Origin: a virus
Virus record (IMG/VR): IMGVR_UViG_3300027754_000045
Location: 64,001 to 128,000 of that record
Direction: 5' to 3' (one strand)
Length of the DNA: 64,000 nt
A program made the translations under genes and the position numbers. The notes under the pieces were generated by a model. It saw only the letters and a list, made by a program, of their open reading frames with translations, was not told the DNA's origin and did not search any database. This document shows, piece by piece, positions 47,561 to 56,919 of this stretch (position 1 is the first letter of the stretch; each line of letters begins with the position of its first letter).

Positions 47561-49486
47561 ATGCATTTACCAACACAATTTCAACAATTCATTCACCTTT
47601 CTCGCTACAGCCGCTGGCTAGAAGAGGAGAATCGTCGTGAAACCTGGGAAGAAACTGTGAATCGTTATTTTCATTTCTTTGACGGTCATCTGAAAGAAAA
47701 TACTAAATGCAAGTTGGATAAAGCAACAAGAGAAGAGTTGCGCCAAGCAATTCTTAATCTAGAGATCATGCCTTCCATGCGTTCTCTGATGACGGCAGGA
47801 GAAGCACTAGAGCGAGACCATACAGCAGGATACAATTGCTCGTATGTGGCAGTTAATCGAGTAAGAGCATTTGATGAAATTTTATATATTTTAATGTGTG
47901 GCACAGGAGTTGGATTCTCCGTAGAAAGGCAATACGTTGACAAATTACCAACAATTGCAGAGCAATTTACTGATTCGGACACTACAATTATTGTACAGGA
48001 TTCAAAGGCTGGTTGGGCTAAGGCTTACAAGGAATTGGTCTCCTTACTTATTGGAGGTCAAGTTCCAAAATGGGATGTCTCTAAAGTACGGGCTTCTGGG
48101 GCGAGGCTTAAAACTTTCGGAGGTAGAGCCAGTGGACCTCAACCATTGGTTGATCTCTTTAGGTTCACTGTGGATACTTTTAAACGTTCCGCTGGACGCA
48201 AACTCACAAGTATCGAATGCCATGATATTGTCTGTAAGGTTGCAGAGGTTGTGGTGGTGGGAGGAGTGCGTCGATCTGCTCTTATCAGTCTATCGAACCT
48301 CACCGATGAACGTATGCGTGATGCAAAAACTGGAGCATGGTGGGAAGCCAATCCACAACGGGCACTTGCGAATAATAGCGTAGTGTATAGCGAACGACCA
48401 GAGATTGGTACGTTTATGGAGGAATGGGTCTCTCTTTATAAATCAAAGAGTGGTGAGCGTGGTATTTTCAATCGTGCTGCCGCACAAAAACAAACAGCAA
48501 CATTAGGTGATCGTCGTGATGCCACCTATCAGTTTGGAACAAATCCATGCAGTGAAATTATTCTTCGTGACCGACAATTCTGTAATCTTACAGAGGTGGT
48601 TGTTCGTGCAGATGATACTGTTGAAACATTGACACGCAAGTGTCGTCTTGCCGCTATTCTTGGTACATGGCAAGCGTCCCTGACTCACTTCCCATACTTG
48701 TCTAGCGAATTTACAAAAAATTGTGAAGAAGAAGCCTTGTTGGGAGTGTCTCTTACAGGTATTCTAGATAATCATATTATGCGTGGCGAGTCTCAAGATG
48801 ATATTGCTGAATTGCTCGGAGACCTTAAGAAGATGGCAATAACAACAAATGTGGAATGGGCAAAGAAGTTAGGTATCAATGCAGCGGCTGCTATTACTTG
48901 TGTGAAACCGAGTGGAACAGTATCACAACTAGTTGACGCAGCCAGTGGTATTCATGCTCGTCACAACGAATATTATGTTCGTACTGTTCGTGCAGATCGC
49001 AAAGATCCTCTGTGCCAGATGATGACCGACAAGGGATTTCCTGCAGAGCCTGATGTAACCAAGCCTGATCATGTTATGGTGTTTTCGTTTCCCATGAAAG
49101 CAGAAGGATCAGTGACACGCAATGATATGTCTGCTCTAGATCATCTAGAGTTGTGGTTGACGTATCAAAAGTATTGGTGTGAACACAAGCCGTCTATCAC
49201 AGTAACAGTTCGTGAAGAAGAGTGGATGGAAGTTGGTGCCTGGGTGTACAAGCACTTTGATGAAGTTAGTGGTATTAGTTTCTTGCCACACAGCGACCAT
49301 TCATATCGTCAGGCACCATACCAAGACTGCACCAAGGAAGAGTACGAAGCTCTATTGCTAAAGATTCCTGGGAACGTGGACTGGTCAGAACTCAAGAACT
49401 ACGAAAAGGTAGATACAACTACGGGCACACAAACATTTGCGTGTACTGGCGATAAGTGTGAAGTGGTAGATTTAATTACCAGTTAA
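47561..49486 (+). CDS. nrdJ: Class II (adenosylcobalamin) ribonucleotide reductase
   Basis: PSMRSL, YNCSY, GTGVGFS, TNPCSEI, TCVKPSGT, EHKPSIT, C-terminal CTGDKC. Confidence 0.93.
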   Translation: MHLPTQFQQFIHLSRYSRWLEEENRRETWEETVNRYFHFFDGHLKENTKCKLDKATREELRQAILNLEIMPSMRSLMTAGEALERDHTAGYNCSYVAVNRVRAFDEILYILMCGTGVGFSVERQYVDKLPTIAEQFTDSDTTIIVQDSKAGWAKAYKELVSLLIGGQVPKWDVSKVRASGARLKTFGGRASGPQPLVDLFRFTVDTFKRSAGRKLTSIECHDIVCKVAEVVVVGGVRRSALISLSNLTDERMRDAKTGAWWEANPQRALANNSVVYSERPEIGTFMEEWVSLYKSKSGERGIFNRAAAQKQTATLGDRRDATYQFGTNPCSEIILRDRQFCNLTEVVVRADDTVETLTRKCRLAAILGTWQASLTHFPYLSSEFTKNCEEEALLGVSLTGILDNHIMRGESQDDIAELLGDLKKMAITTNVEWAKKLGINAAAAITCVKPSGTVSQLVDAASGIHARHNEYYVRTVRADRKDPLCQMMTDKGFPAEPDVTKPDHVMVFSFPMKAEGSVTRNDMSALDHLELWLTYQKYWCEHKPSITVTVREEEWMEVGAWVYKHFDEVSGISFLPHSDHSYRQAPYQDCTKEEYEALLLKIPGNVDWSELKNYEKVDTTTGTQTFACTGDKCEVVDLITS

Positions 49487-51837
49487 AATCTACTAATATT
49501 CTTAAGAAGAGTTGATGTATTATTTACAGGGGTTTCTACGTCTCTTGCAGAATTCTTTGCCAAATAATCCATATGTTGTTGTAGTCTAGTCTTTGTTGCG
49601 TCATCTACATGAGGAAGAAGAGCACTAAATGTTTGTGGTTCGTGTAATTTGACTTGACTCAATGCATTCAATGCTGGATGTCTTGGTTTTTGTAAGTAAG
49701 AATCTTTAAATGGCACTTTTGCTTTTCCCCAATTTGGAGCTAATTGCTGTGCTACTAATTGTGGCCAAGAAGTAGTAGTTGAAACACCAGTTCCTCCTGT
49801 AGATACTGGTTCAACAGGCAAGTTTTCTGATTTAGGAGTAGCAACGTCAGGAGCATGTTGTGCAAAAAGATCACTATAAATATTGTGCAATGCAGCATGA
49901 CTTTTTCTTTGTTTTGCTGCTTTTGTGTCTATCTTTAATTGAGAAAGGGACATGTTACTAGGAGGATTTTCTGCAGAAATAGGCGCAATATCTCCAACAG
50001 GACTGACACGAGAAGATGCTGGATATAATTTTTCTAATACTCCGTACTTTCTAGTTGGTGATGCATCTTCTCTTTTTGCGTGACTCGCAATGCTAGGTAA
50101 TTTAGTATCAATTGCAGTATCGTCATCAATATCGTCACCTGCGTGTGATTTAGGTTCTTCTATAGAACCATGTGCTCTATCAAGTTCTCTTTCAAGATTA
50201 ATACCTATTTGTGATTGTCTTGAACCTGAAATCTTAGGAAGATTTGGAACTTCCACAGTCATATCAACACCTTCGGCATCAAATGTTTCTTTTGCTGCTT
50301 GAGTTGTTGGCTGTGCTCTTCTTGACTTCATTGCTATTAATTTCTTTTTTATTTCAGTAGCAGCAATTCTATCAGATAATGGAAGAGGTGCTCCTATTTT
50401 TACTGTTTTTACTTTTTTATTTGAAGTACTTGATACATCTTTATCAGCACCATCTGAATAATCATCAGAGGAATCAAGAACTTCCTTAGTTTCTCCTGCC
50501 AACCACTGTCCAGCAGCCTTCATTCTGCCTTCTAATCCCTGTAGCATACTAGACGGAATCAAAGGTTGTTGTATCTTTGGTCCTGACGGCGCAGAAGTTG
50601 CAGTTGCCATTCTACCTAATGTAAATTCGTTTCGTGTTACTGGATCATTTGGAAATTGAAAACGATCTTCTCTTTTTAGAGGCTCTGATTCAACTTTTTC
50701 CTTTTTATCTTTTACTGGCATATTTTTTACTGGATACTTATTTGGTTCCATGGCTTTAAAAGGAAGTAATATATTAAATCTTTCGGATGCTTCAGCAGCT
50801 TCTACTTCTTGTCGTGTAGCTCCTGCTCTAGGTCCTCCAGTTGCTGGGTTGTAAGCCCAGAATGCAGCAGAAGCTTCTTCTAATCTCTGCGCTAATACTT
50901 GGCGATAATGTTCAGTAATTTCTTGTTGTTCGTTAACAGGAGAAACTCTGTTTGGGTTTGTAAAATAATTATAAGGAGTCCATTTACGTTGACCTGGATC
51001 TGGTGGAGCTTCAAATTGCAAACTAGTATCTGGTGTATCAGATTGTGTGGTAGTTGATGTAATCGATTTATTAGCTGGCATTTGTTGATTCATGCCAACT
51101 CCTCTACTACCTAAAATACCTAGACCTAACATACCAGCACCAAGAACGGTAGCTATTGTTTTTGGACTAGTAAGAGTATTTCTTAATCCTTGACCAAATT
51201 TATAAGATGTTGACGGTGTAGTAACTGGAGTAGGAATGGAGGCAGGAGCCGAAGCAGGAGCCGAGGCAGGAACTAATTCAGTTTCTGCTTTAGAAACCAT
51301 ACCATCATTGTTCAAATCCCCATATTTTGTGGTAGCAGTAGAAATTGTTGAACCAACAGGTTGTTGTCTATTAACAATATCACTTGCAGTCTGAACAGAA
51401 CTTAATCGTTTTGGATTTATTCTGAAACCAGGATTAATTATCTCACCTGGTTCTCCGAGAGCTGGATTTGAAATAGAAGAAATGCCAGACGAAACAGGAG
51501 TTTTTGATTTACCAAAAATTGCAGTTCCTTGCTTTTTAGTTATAGGATCAACATTTACACTTTGGGTAATAGTTGTTTCTGGTTCGGGTTTTGGTTCAGG
51601 TTTGGCTTTAACTACAGGTTTACTTTTAGTAGTCTTAGGTTTACCTTTAGTTTTTGTTGCTACGACAGGAGCAGCCACAGGAGCAGCCACAGGAGCAGCC
51701 ACAGGAGCAGGAGCACCACTAAACAAATCAGGTTCTCTAGGAGCCAACTTCTTAGCCTTGGCTTCTAGCAATAAATCGTTACTTTTGGTATAAATCGCTC
51801 TAATCAAATCAATTTCACTATTTACTGGTTTTTGCAT
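49483..51837 (-). CDS. Large low-complexity late protein, probable internal/head protein
   Basis: P/T/K/S-rich; LLLE, ITE and LEE candidate prohead-protease sites; CTAAATA and AAGGA upstream. Confidence 0.6.
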   Translation of the reverse strand: MQKPVNSEIDLIRAIYTKSNDLLLEAKAKKLAPREPDLFSGAPAPVAAPVAAPVAAPVVATKTKGKPKTTKSKPVVKAKPEPKPEPETTITQSVNVDPITKKQGTAIFGKSKTPVSSGISSISNPALGEPGEIINPGFRINPKRLSSVQTASDIVNRQQPVGSTISTATTKYGDLNNDGMVSKAETELVPASAPASAPASIPTPVTTPSTSYKFGQGLRNTLTSPKTIATVLGAGMLGLGILGSRGVGMNQQMPANKSITSTTTQSDTPDTSLQFEAPPDPGQRKWTPYNYFTNPNRVSPVNEQQEITEHYRQVLAQRLEEASAAFWAYNPATGGPRAGATRQEVEAAEASERFNILLPFKAMEPNKYPVKNMPVKDKKEKVESEPLKREDRFQFPNDPVTRNEFTLGRMATATSAPSGPKIQQPLIPSSMLQGLEGRMKAAGQWLAGETKEVLDSSDDYSDGADKDVSSTSNKKVKTVKIGAPLPLSDRIAATEIKKKLIAMKSRRAQPTTQAAKETFDAEGVDMTVEVPNLPKISGSRQSQIGINLERELDRAHGSIEEPKSHAGDDIDDDTAIDTKLPSIASHAKREDASPTRKYGVLEKLYPASSRVSPVGDIAPISAENPPSNMSLSQLKIDTKAAKQRKSHAALHNIYSDLFAQHAPDVATPKSENLPVEPVSTGGTGVSTTTSWPQLVAQQLAPNWGKAKVPFKDSYLQKPRHPALNALSQVKLHEPQTFSALLPHVDDATKTRLQQHMDYLAKNSARDVETPVNNTSTLLKNISRF
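51665..51710 (-). repeat. 12-nt tandem repeat (APVA units)
   Basis: acaggagcagcc x3 plus a partial copy on the + strand. Confidence 0.9.
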
Positions 51838-51858
51838 AAGGGGTTCCTTTTTCTACTT

Positions 51859-51865
51859 TATTTAG
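51859..51865 (-). promoter_or_regulatory. Late promoter CTAAATA
   Basis: tatttag on the + strand, 21 nt upstream of the 51837 start. Confidence 0.6.
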
Positions 51866-51899
51866 GCTTTTTATACTTTGTCTGTATACATACTAATGT

Positions 51900-52664
51900 A
51901 TGAAATACCTCAGGCTTGCTGCAATAAGTTTCGCAGTAGTCTTCGTGGTGCTCCTCTTGAGGCACAAAGAAGCAAAGCCTATACTACCTAAAATCAATCT
52001 TCCTGATCCAGCAACCATGATTGATGACATTCTAGAGATAGACAGTTATCCAGGTTTTACTGTGGTAACTGACGACTGTGCAGATACCTATAAATGTGTT
52101 GGAGAAATATTCACTGCTGATGGTCCGTTCATTGGTAGTGGAACATTGATTGCTCCTAAAGTAGTGGTTACTGCGGCACACGTAATTAAAGGTTCCGATT
52201 TAGAATATTTCCGAACAAACAACAAGTGCTACAAGATTAAAAAATCTGTGGTACACCCAGATTATACAGAGGAAGGAAGTGGTAAAAATGATATCGGTTT
52301 ACTTTTCTTAGAGGAAGCGTGTTTGGAAACTCCTGCAGTGTTACAGACAGATCCCCAAGAACTAAAACGAGGAGAATTATTAACAACAGTTGGATTCTCT
52401 CATAAAATTAAAAAAATTAGTAATGAACACACCTTCTGGTATTACGGAACCATTGTGGAGCAACCGACGTATATTCGTTTTCTTGCCTACAAAGGAAACA
52501 TCTGGCTTGGTGATTCTGGAGGTGCCGTATTCGAGGACGGCGGTAAGCTGGCAGGAGTAATATCTGCGCTTATGATTATGGAGTATGATGTAGTGGATCA
52601 GATTGCTGCACGAGTAGACCTGTACGTTCCTTGGATCAGACAGATGGAGAAGATCAATGAGTAG
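51900..52664 (+). CDS. Trypsin-fold (S1) serine protease with N-terminal membrane anchor/signal
   Basis: Triad VTAAHV / NDIGLL / GDSGG; hydrophobic LAAISFAVVFVVLLL. Confidence 0.9.
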   Translation: MKYLRLAAISFAVVFVVLLLRHKEAKPILPKINLPDPATMIDDILEIDSYPGFTVVTDDCADTYKCVGEIFTADGPFIGSGTLIAPKVVVTAAHVIKGSDLEYFRTNNKCYKIKKSVVHPDYTEEGSGKNDIGLLFLEEACLETPAVLQTDPQELKRGELLTTVGFSHKIKKISNEHTFWYYGTIVEQPTYIRFLAYKGNIWLGDSGGAVFEDGGKLAGVISALMIMEYDVVDQIAARVDLYVPWIRQMEKINE

Positions 52665-52737
52665 GGTTCAACGATGTTTAGTTGCAGCCTGTAGCTTTCT
52701 AGTCGGAATTATTCTGGCTAGACTGTTTGGGTTTTAA
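52657..52737 (+). CDS. 26-aa hydrophobic peptide
   Basis: [26 protein letters not shown]; GGAGA RBS; fills the gap. Confidence 0.45.
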   Translation: MSRVQRCLVAACSFLVGIILARLFGF

Positions 52738-52781
52738 GCCTAAATACCTATGTGAATATCACAAAAAGCATAAATAAAAGT

Positions 52782-52811
52782 GGTCGAGTGAGGTTCGAAG
52801 CCTCCCCGACC
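52782..52811 (+). promoter_or_regulatory. GC-rich hairpin with T-loop-like TTCGAAG, downstream of late promoter CATAAATA (52769-52776)
   Basis: GGTCGAGTGAGG-TTCGAAG-CCTCCCCGACC. Confidence 0.7.
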
Positions 52812-52832
52812 TACACAGAAAGGTTAGTTTCC

Positions 52833-53525
52833 ATGCATTCTATTTATATTATCTACCTTGTTCGACTTAACGGAAAACCTGTTTATGTTGGTTTTACTTC
52901 CAAAACATTAGAAGAGCGTTGGAATAAACATTGTACAGATGCAACAAAATATATGTCGCCATATGTTTTTCATAAAGCAATCCGCAAATATGGAATTGAA
53001 TCCTTTTCAGTAGAAACTATTTATACAGGAGATGATTGGAAATATACTTTACAAGTAATGGAGCCCCAGTTTATCACTGAATATAATACTTATATTCGTA
53101 ATGAAGGTTATAACATGACTATGGGAGGAGAGGGAAGTGTTGGCTTCCGTCATAGCCTCGAAACTATAACGAAGATGTCAGAAGATAAGCAAGGAATGGG
53201 AAAGGGAAGAATCCACTCAGAAGAAACTAAAGAAAAGATACGGCAATCTCATATGGGAAAGAAACGAAAGCCATTCTCCGAAGAGTGGCGACAAAATATG
53301 GGAAAAGCATCTAAGGGCAAGAAACGAAAGCCTTTTTCGGAAGAACATAAACAAAAAATTTCACAGGCAAATAAGGGCAAGAAACGTGGACCTCCCTCTG
53401 AAGAAACACGCAAAAAATTATCAGAAGCAAATAAAGGTCAAAATAAAGGTATTCCGTTATCTGCTGAAACCAAAGCAAAGATATCAGCCTCTCATCTTGC
53501 TCGTAAAGAAAGTAGGCTTGTATGA
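52833..53525 (+). mobile_element. Free-standing GIY-YIG homing endonuclease with NUMOD3 repeats
   Basis: IYIIY...[22 protein letters not shown], repeated (H/F/P/L)SEE(T/H/W)(K/R)xK; ATG 52833 follows AAAGG (an in-frame GTG exists at 52752). Confidence 0.9.
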
Positions 53526-54079
53526 TCATTAGTGGCATAGACTACTCAATGACTTCGCCTGCAATTTGCGTATTTAACTCCGCAGAACCTTTCAAGTTTC
53601 AGAGATGTTCGTTCTATTTTTTAACTGATGTGAAAAAATATCAAAAATTATTCCTAACCAATATTCGTGGAGATCCATTCGACGACTGGAACTCTGATTT
53701 TGCCCGTTTTGAAAGCATATCAGACTGGGCACTACAGATGTGCATAGGATGCGACCAGATAGCCCTGGAAGGGTATGCATACGGCGCAAAGGGTAAAGTG
53801 TTTCATATTGCAGAGAATACTGGCGTTCTCAAATATCGTCTGCACCAGCTGAGTATTCCAGTAGAAGTGATTCCTCCGAGTGCTGTGAAGAAGCAGGCTG
53901 CTGGCAAGGGCAACGCAAACAAAGAAGAGATGTATCAGGCATTTCTAATGGAGACTGGAATAGATCTTAAGGGAACTATTAGTCCAGATAAGAAAGATGT
54001 CGGAAACCCAGTTTCCGACATCGTGGATTCTTATTATATCTGTAAGAGTCTGTATACGAAACTTAAGAGTTTGGGTTAG
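53522..54079 (+). CDS. RuvC-like Holliday junction resolvase
   Basis: [32 protein letters not shown]...[17 protein letters not shown]. Confidence 0.85.
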   Translation: MIISGIDYSMTSPAICVFNSAEPFKFQRCSFYFLTDVKKYQKLFLTNIRGDPFDDWNSDFARFESISDWALQMCIGCDQIALEGYAYGAKGKVFHIAENTGVLKYRLHQLSIPVEVIPPSAVKKQAAGKGNANKEEMYQAFLMETGIDLKGTISPDKKDVGNPVSDIVDSYYICKSLYTKLKSLG

Positions 54080-54302
54080 TATTCTTTTTTCCTGAAATGT
54101 ATTTTACAGCCATATCTACCCAACTATTCTTTTCATTTAATTGAGTTTCTATAGGCTCTGCTTTTGATTCAATTGTTGTATCTTTTACAACATTTTGTTC
54201 GTATACTGGCAATCGATTACCGTTCACCCAAAGACCTGGGTTTTGTGCCCCTTGGCTCTTGGTTTGCATACTCTTTAAAAAAGATAGAAACATTGAGTTC
54301 AT
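54063..54302 (-). CDS. Small late hypothetical protein
   Basis: CTAAATA (54324-54330) and AAGGA upstream; QLNE candidate cleavage motif. Confidence 0.55.
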   Translation of the reverse strand: MNSMFLSFLKSMQTKSQGAQNPGLWVNGNRLPVYEQNVVKDTTIESKAEPIETQLNEKNSWVDMAVKYISGKKNTNPNS

Positions 54303-54334
54303 TTTATTCCTTTGGTTATACTGTATTTAGTGTT

Positions 54335-54709
54335 TTAGCAATTCCACTTGCGAAGAGACAGGGCTTTACGAGTAGGCTCTCCATTTGGTTTTTTCATGGC
54401 TCCAGGCATTCCGCCCATTCTTGCACAAAAAGATTTTCTTCTCTTTGCTGCTTTAGAGCCAGGCTTTAGTTTAGAAGGAGGTGTTGTTACTGCGGTCTTT
54501 AATTTACTTCCAGGATGTTCCATTCTGTAAGAATCAATACCCGCTGCATTCAGACCACCTTCAGGATTCTTTCCCTCTTTGCGTGTCCATGCCGCAGTTT
54601 CGTTTACTGGTACACAGTTAGGAACTTGACGTTTACCTTTACGTTTTGTGCCTACAGCCTTGTATCCAGTCCAACAAGCTTCTTTTAAGTATTCTCGAAA
54701 CGATTTCAT
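54335..54709 (-). CDS. Basic internal head protein-like (DUF6321-like)
   Basis: MKSFREYLKE capsid-targeting-like start, CWTGYK motif, AAWTRKEGKNPEGGLN, RRKSFCARM, LRKWNC. Confidence 0.7.
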   Translation of the reverse strand: MKSFREYLKEACWTGYKAVGTKRKGKRQVPNCVPVNETAAWTRKEGKNPEGGLNAAGIDSYRMEHPGSKLKTAVTTPPSKLKPGSKAAKRRKSFCARMGGMPGAMKKPNGEPTRKALSLRKWNC

Positions 54710-54948
54710 GATTCTGCATTAATCTTTTTTCGTTTAACCAGCACAGTCCATCCCCACGCCACTGCCAAGAACAGCACAGGAAGATACCACAAAATCCATC
54801 CCCAACCGTTTCGTTGAGAAATATTATCTGCGTGTTGTGCCGCATTAGTAGAAGTATCAGGAATAATCATAGGGGTTGTGTTGCAAGCAGTAAAAAAACA
54901 AAAAATCGTCAACGCCAATACTAAACGAGCCTTTGTGATAAGTTTCAT
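54706..54948 (-). CDS. Lipoprotein with C-terminal TM helix (unimolecular spanin-like)
   Basis: Signal peptide ending FTAC, short linker, WGWILWYLPVLFLAVAWGWTVLV then KRKK. Confidence 0.5.
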   Translation of the reverse strand: MKLITKARLVLALTIFCFFTACNTTPMIIPDTSTNAAQHADNISQRNGWGWILWYLPVLFLAVAWGWTVLVKRKKINAES

Positions 54949-54957
54949 ATAATCTCC

Positions 54958-55395
54958 TTAAGATTTATTGCTGGCTGCAGCTGATCCAAAATAGAATCCT
55001 ACAATTGAAAGTAGAATCTGTCGGTTTTCACTAGTAAACAAGTACCCATTTATTTCCACAAAGAATTTTCTGGTAGAAGAAGGAATTAAACCAAACAGTC
55101 CCTCTGGTGTAGTTGCATCAACTTCCACAAATGTTGGTGTGCCAAAGAACGGCAGTATGAATGGAGCAAGTAGTGTGGCAAACAGAACACCCAGCACAAT
55201 AACTTGGCGCACAACACGTCCAGCATCCACTGAGACACGCTGCACGGCTTTATCTTGATTCTCGGTGGTCTGCTTGTTAGCAGCCATGAGTTGGTTAAAC
55301 ATCTCTTTTTGGTCCTGACTCTTCTGAGCCATGTAACGAAAAAGGAATCCAGTGAATCCGCCACCAATGAGTGAAATTAGTTCAGTTGGTATCAT
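54958..55395 (-). CDS. Membrane protein, holin-like
   Basis: Three hydrophobic segments; C-terminal IVGFYFGS motif common in phage holins; CTAAATA (55411-55417) and AGGAG upstream. Confidence 0.5.
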   Translation of the reverse strand: MIPTELISLIGGGFTGFLFRYMAQKSQDQKEMFNQLMAANKQTTENQDKAVQRVSVDAGRVVRQVIVLGVLFATLLAPFILPFFGTPTFVEVDATTPEGLFGLIPSSTRKFFVEINGYLFTSENRQILLSIVGFYFGSAAASNKS

Positions 55396-55945
55396 TTGAT
55401 TCTCCTGTAATATTTAGGCTATTCTTCTTTCGACGTGCCATATACCGTCCTTTGCTCTGTTGTATACGTTTTTGAACTGAAACAGGCACTCCAATGTCAT
55501 CAGGCTTCATTCCAGCTACGCCACCTGCTGCCACACTATTAGCAATAGGAGCAGCAACGGCAGCTTCTCCGTCTTCCTGTAAAACACCACAAGCCCGCAG
55601 TTCACGCATTGCTCCTTCTAGAAACAGTTTTCCATTACCTCCTGCTGCTTCACATTGTTCAGAAAACAAAGCAAGAGCTGCAGGAACATTAGTGAGATGA
55701 GCACGAACATAAGGATCAGGAACTTTCACAATAATTCTTTTCAAAGAAACAATCATCTGATCAAATGGTGTAAACTGTTGTAGTTCTCTTTGTGATAATT
55801 TGCCAATATCTTTTAGTTGTCTGCCATTAGCATCAATAATACCTAGACTATATGCGGCAAGTCTTGTGAATGGTGTAGTCAGGGCATCAATAAATTTATA
55901 CATTGTAAAACTGGTAACAATTTGACTTAATGTATTTGCGTTCAT
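55382..55945 (-). CDS. Conserved T4-like hypothetical protein
   Basis: LTTPF...AYSLGIIDANGRQLK and LQED...APIANSV motifs recurrent in T4-like genomes. Confidence 0.65.
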   Translation of the reverse strand: MNANTLSQIVTSFTMYKFIDALTTPFTRLAAYSLGIIDANGRQLKDIGKLSQRELQQFTPFDQMIVSLKRIIVKVPDPYVRAHLTNVPAALALFSEQCEAAGGNGKLFLEGAMRELRACGVLQEDGEAAVAAPIANSVAAGGVAGMKPDDIGVPVSVQKRIQQSKGRYMARRKKNSLNITGESNDTN

Positions 55946-56322
55946 GTGATTTCTTTTAAAACTTTCATTATTCTGTGATCTAGTGGAATGTCGTCTATTT
56001 TAACTTCTGGTACTCTTTTAGGTAGTATTTGAAGAAAATACAAAAATGTTTTTAAATATGAGTGATATCTGGGTTCAGTCTTAAAGAATAGAATTCGTGA
56101 GCAAGCTTCAACCCCAAACACATTATTAAGTATTAATATGTGGTTGAGAAGTAAACGATCCTTTAGTGTCTTTTTTAAATCATACTTGTTAAACAACCTC
56201 TTAATGTACTTAATTCTGTTGAGATCGTCATAAAACTCTGAAATACCAATACAACTGGGATTATCATACATTTTAATCGAATACAACAGAAAATTGTCTT
56301 CACTTAGAGGTTCATAAAGCAT
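55942..56322 (-). CDS. Conserved T4-like hypothetical protein
   Basis: NFLLYSIKMYDNPSC...EFYDDLNRIKYIKRL...RLLLNHILIL.NVFG. Confidence 0.7.
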   Translation of the reverse strand: MLYEPLSEDNFLLYSIKMYDNPSCIGISEFYDDLNRIKYIKRLFNKYDLKKTLKDRLLLNHILILNNVFGVEACSRILFFKTEPRYHSYLKTFLYFLQILPKRVPEVKIDDIPLDHRIMKVLKEIT

Positions 56323-56325
56323 AAT

Positions 56326-56892
56326 TTATTTTTGATTATTAAATCCAGAACTATTCAAAGGAGTATCAATAGCAGCAGGAGTATGTTGACCTTGTTCTGG
56401 ACTATCTCCAGAGTATCGCATAACACTAGCAGTCATTTTGTACAATCCAGATGCTGCTTCTTCTACACCAAGAGCAATAGCCAAATGATCTCCGTCAAGA
56501 GTATCTTCTACGCCATCGGTTACTTTAAAACCATCCTTCATTAAATTATGCTCTGGAGTAGTACCAAAAGTACCACCAAAACGAGTAAGCTTCAGGTAAT
56601 TTACAACACCAACATTAATCGGAGTCTTACCATTAAACTCAAAATCCAAACCAGCCAAGTTAATCTTGACTCGCATCAAAGATAAAGCTGCACGAGGATC
56701 TAGGTACTCACGACCAGTGAATGCGCTCAGGAAAGCTTGAATTCTTTGTACTTGTTCTGTGCTTTCGATACGGTGAATACCAAAGTCAGATGTTGCAGAT
56801 CGAACATTCTGTGCTGGGTAACCACCAAGAGCTCCGCCTTCAGTATTTTCGGCTTCGTTTAATTGTAATCGTAAATCTTTGTACTTTTTCAT
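56326..56892 (-). CDS. Late protein with capsid-targeting-like N-terminus
   Basis: MKKYKDLRLQLNE; TATAAATA (56907-56914) and AAGGAG upstream. Confidence 0.6.
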   Translation of the reverse strand: MKKYKDLRLQLNEAENTEGGALGGYPAQNVRSATSDFGIHRIESTEQVQRIQAFLSAFTGREYLDPRAALSLMRVKINLAGLDFEFNGKTPINVGVVNYLKLTRFGGTFGTTPEHNLMKDGFKVTDGVEDTLDGDHLAIALGVEEAASGLYKMTASVMRYSGDSPEQGQHTPAAIDTPLNSSGFNNQK

Positions 56893-56919
56893 TTTTGTCT
56901 CCTTTGTATTTATATGAAA

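Noticed and set aside
40447-49486. Inteins or group I introns in gp43, uvsX, gp41, thyX, nrdJ
   Set aside because: Lengths are ordinary and motifs are contiguous
52782-52815. tRNA gene (GGTTCGAAGCC T-arm)
   Set aside because: No D arm, anticodon arm or CCA; reported as a hairpin instead
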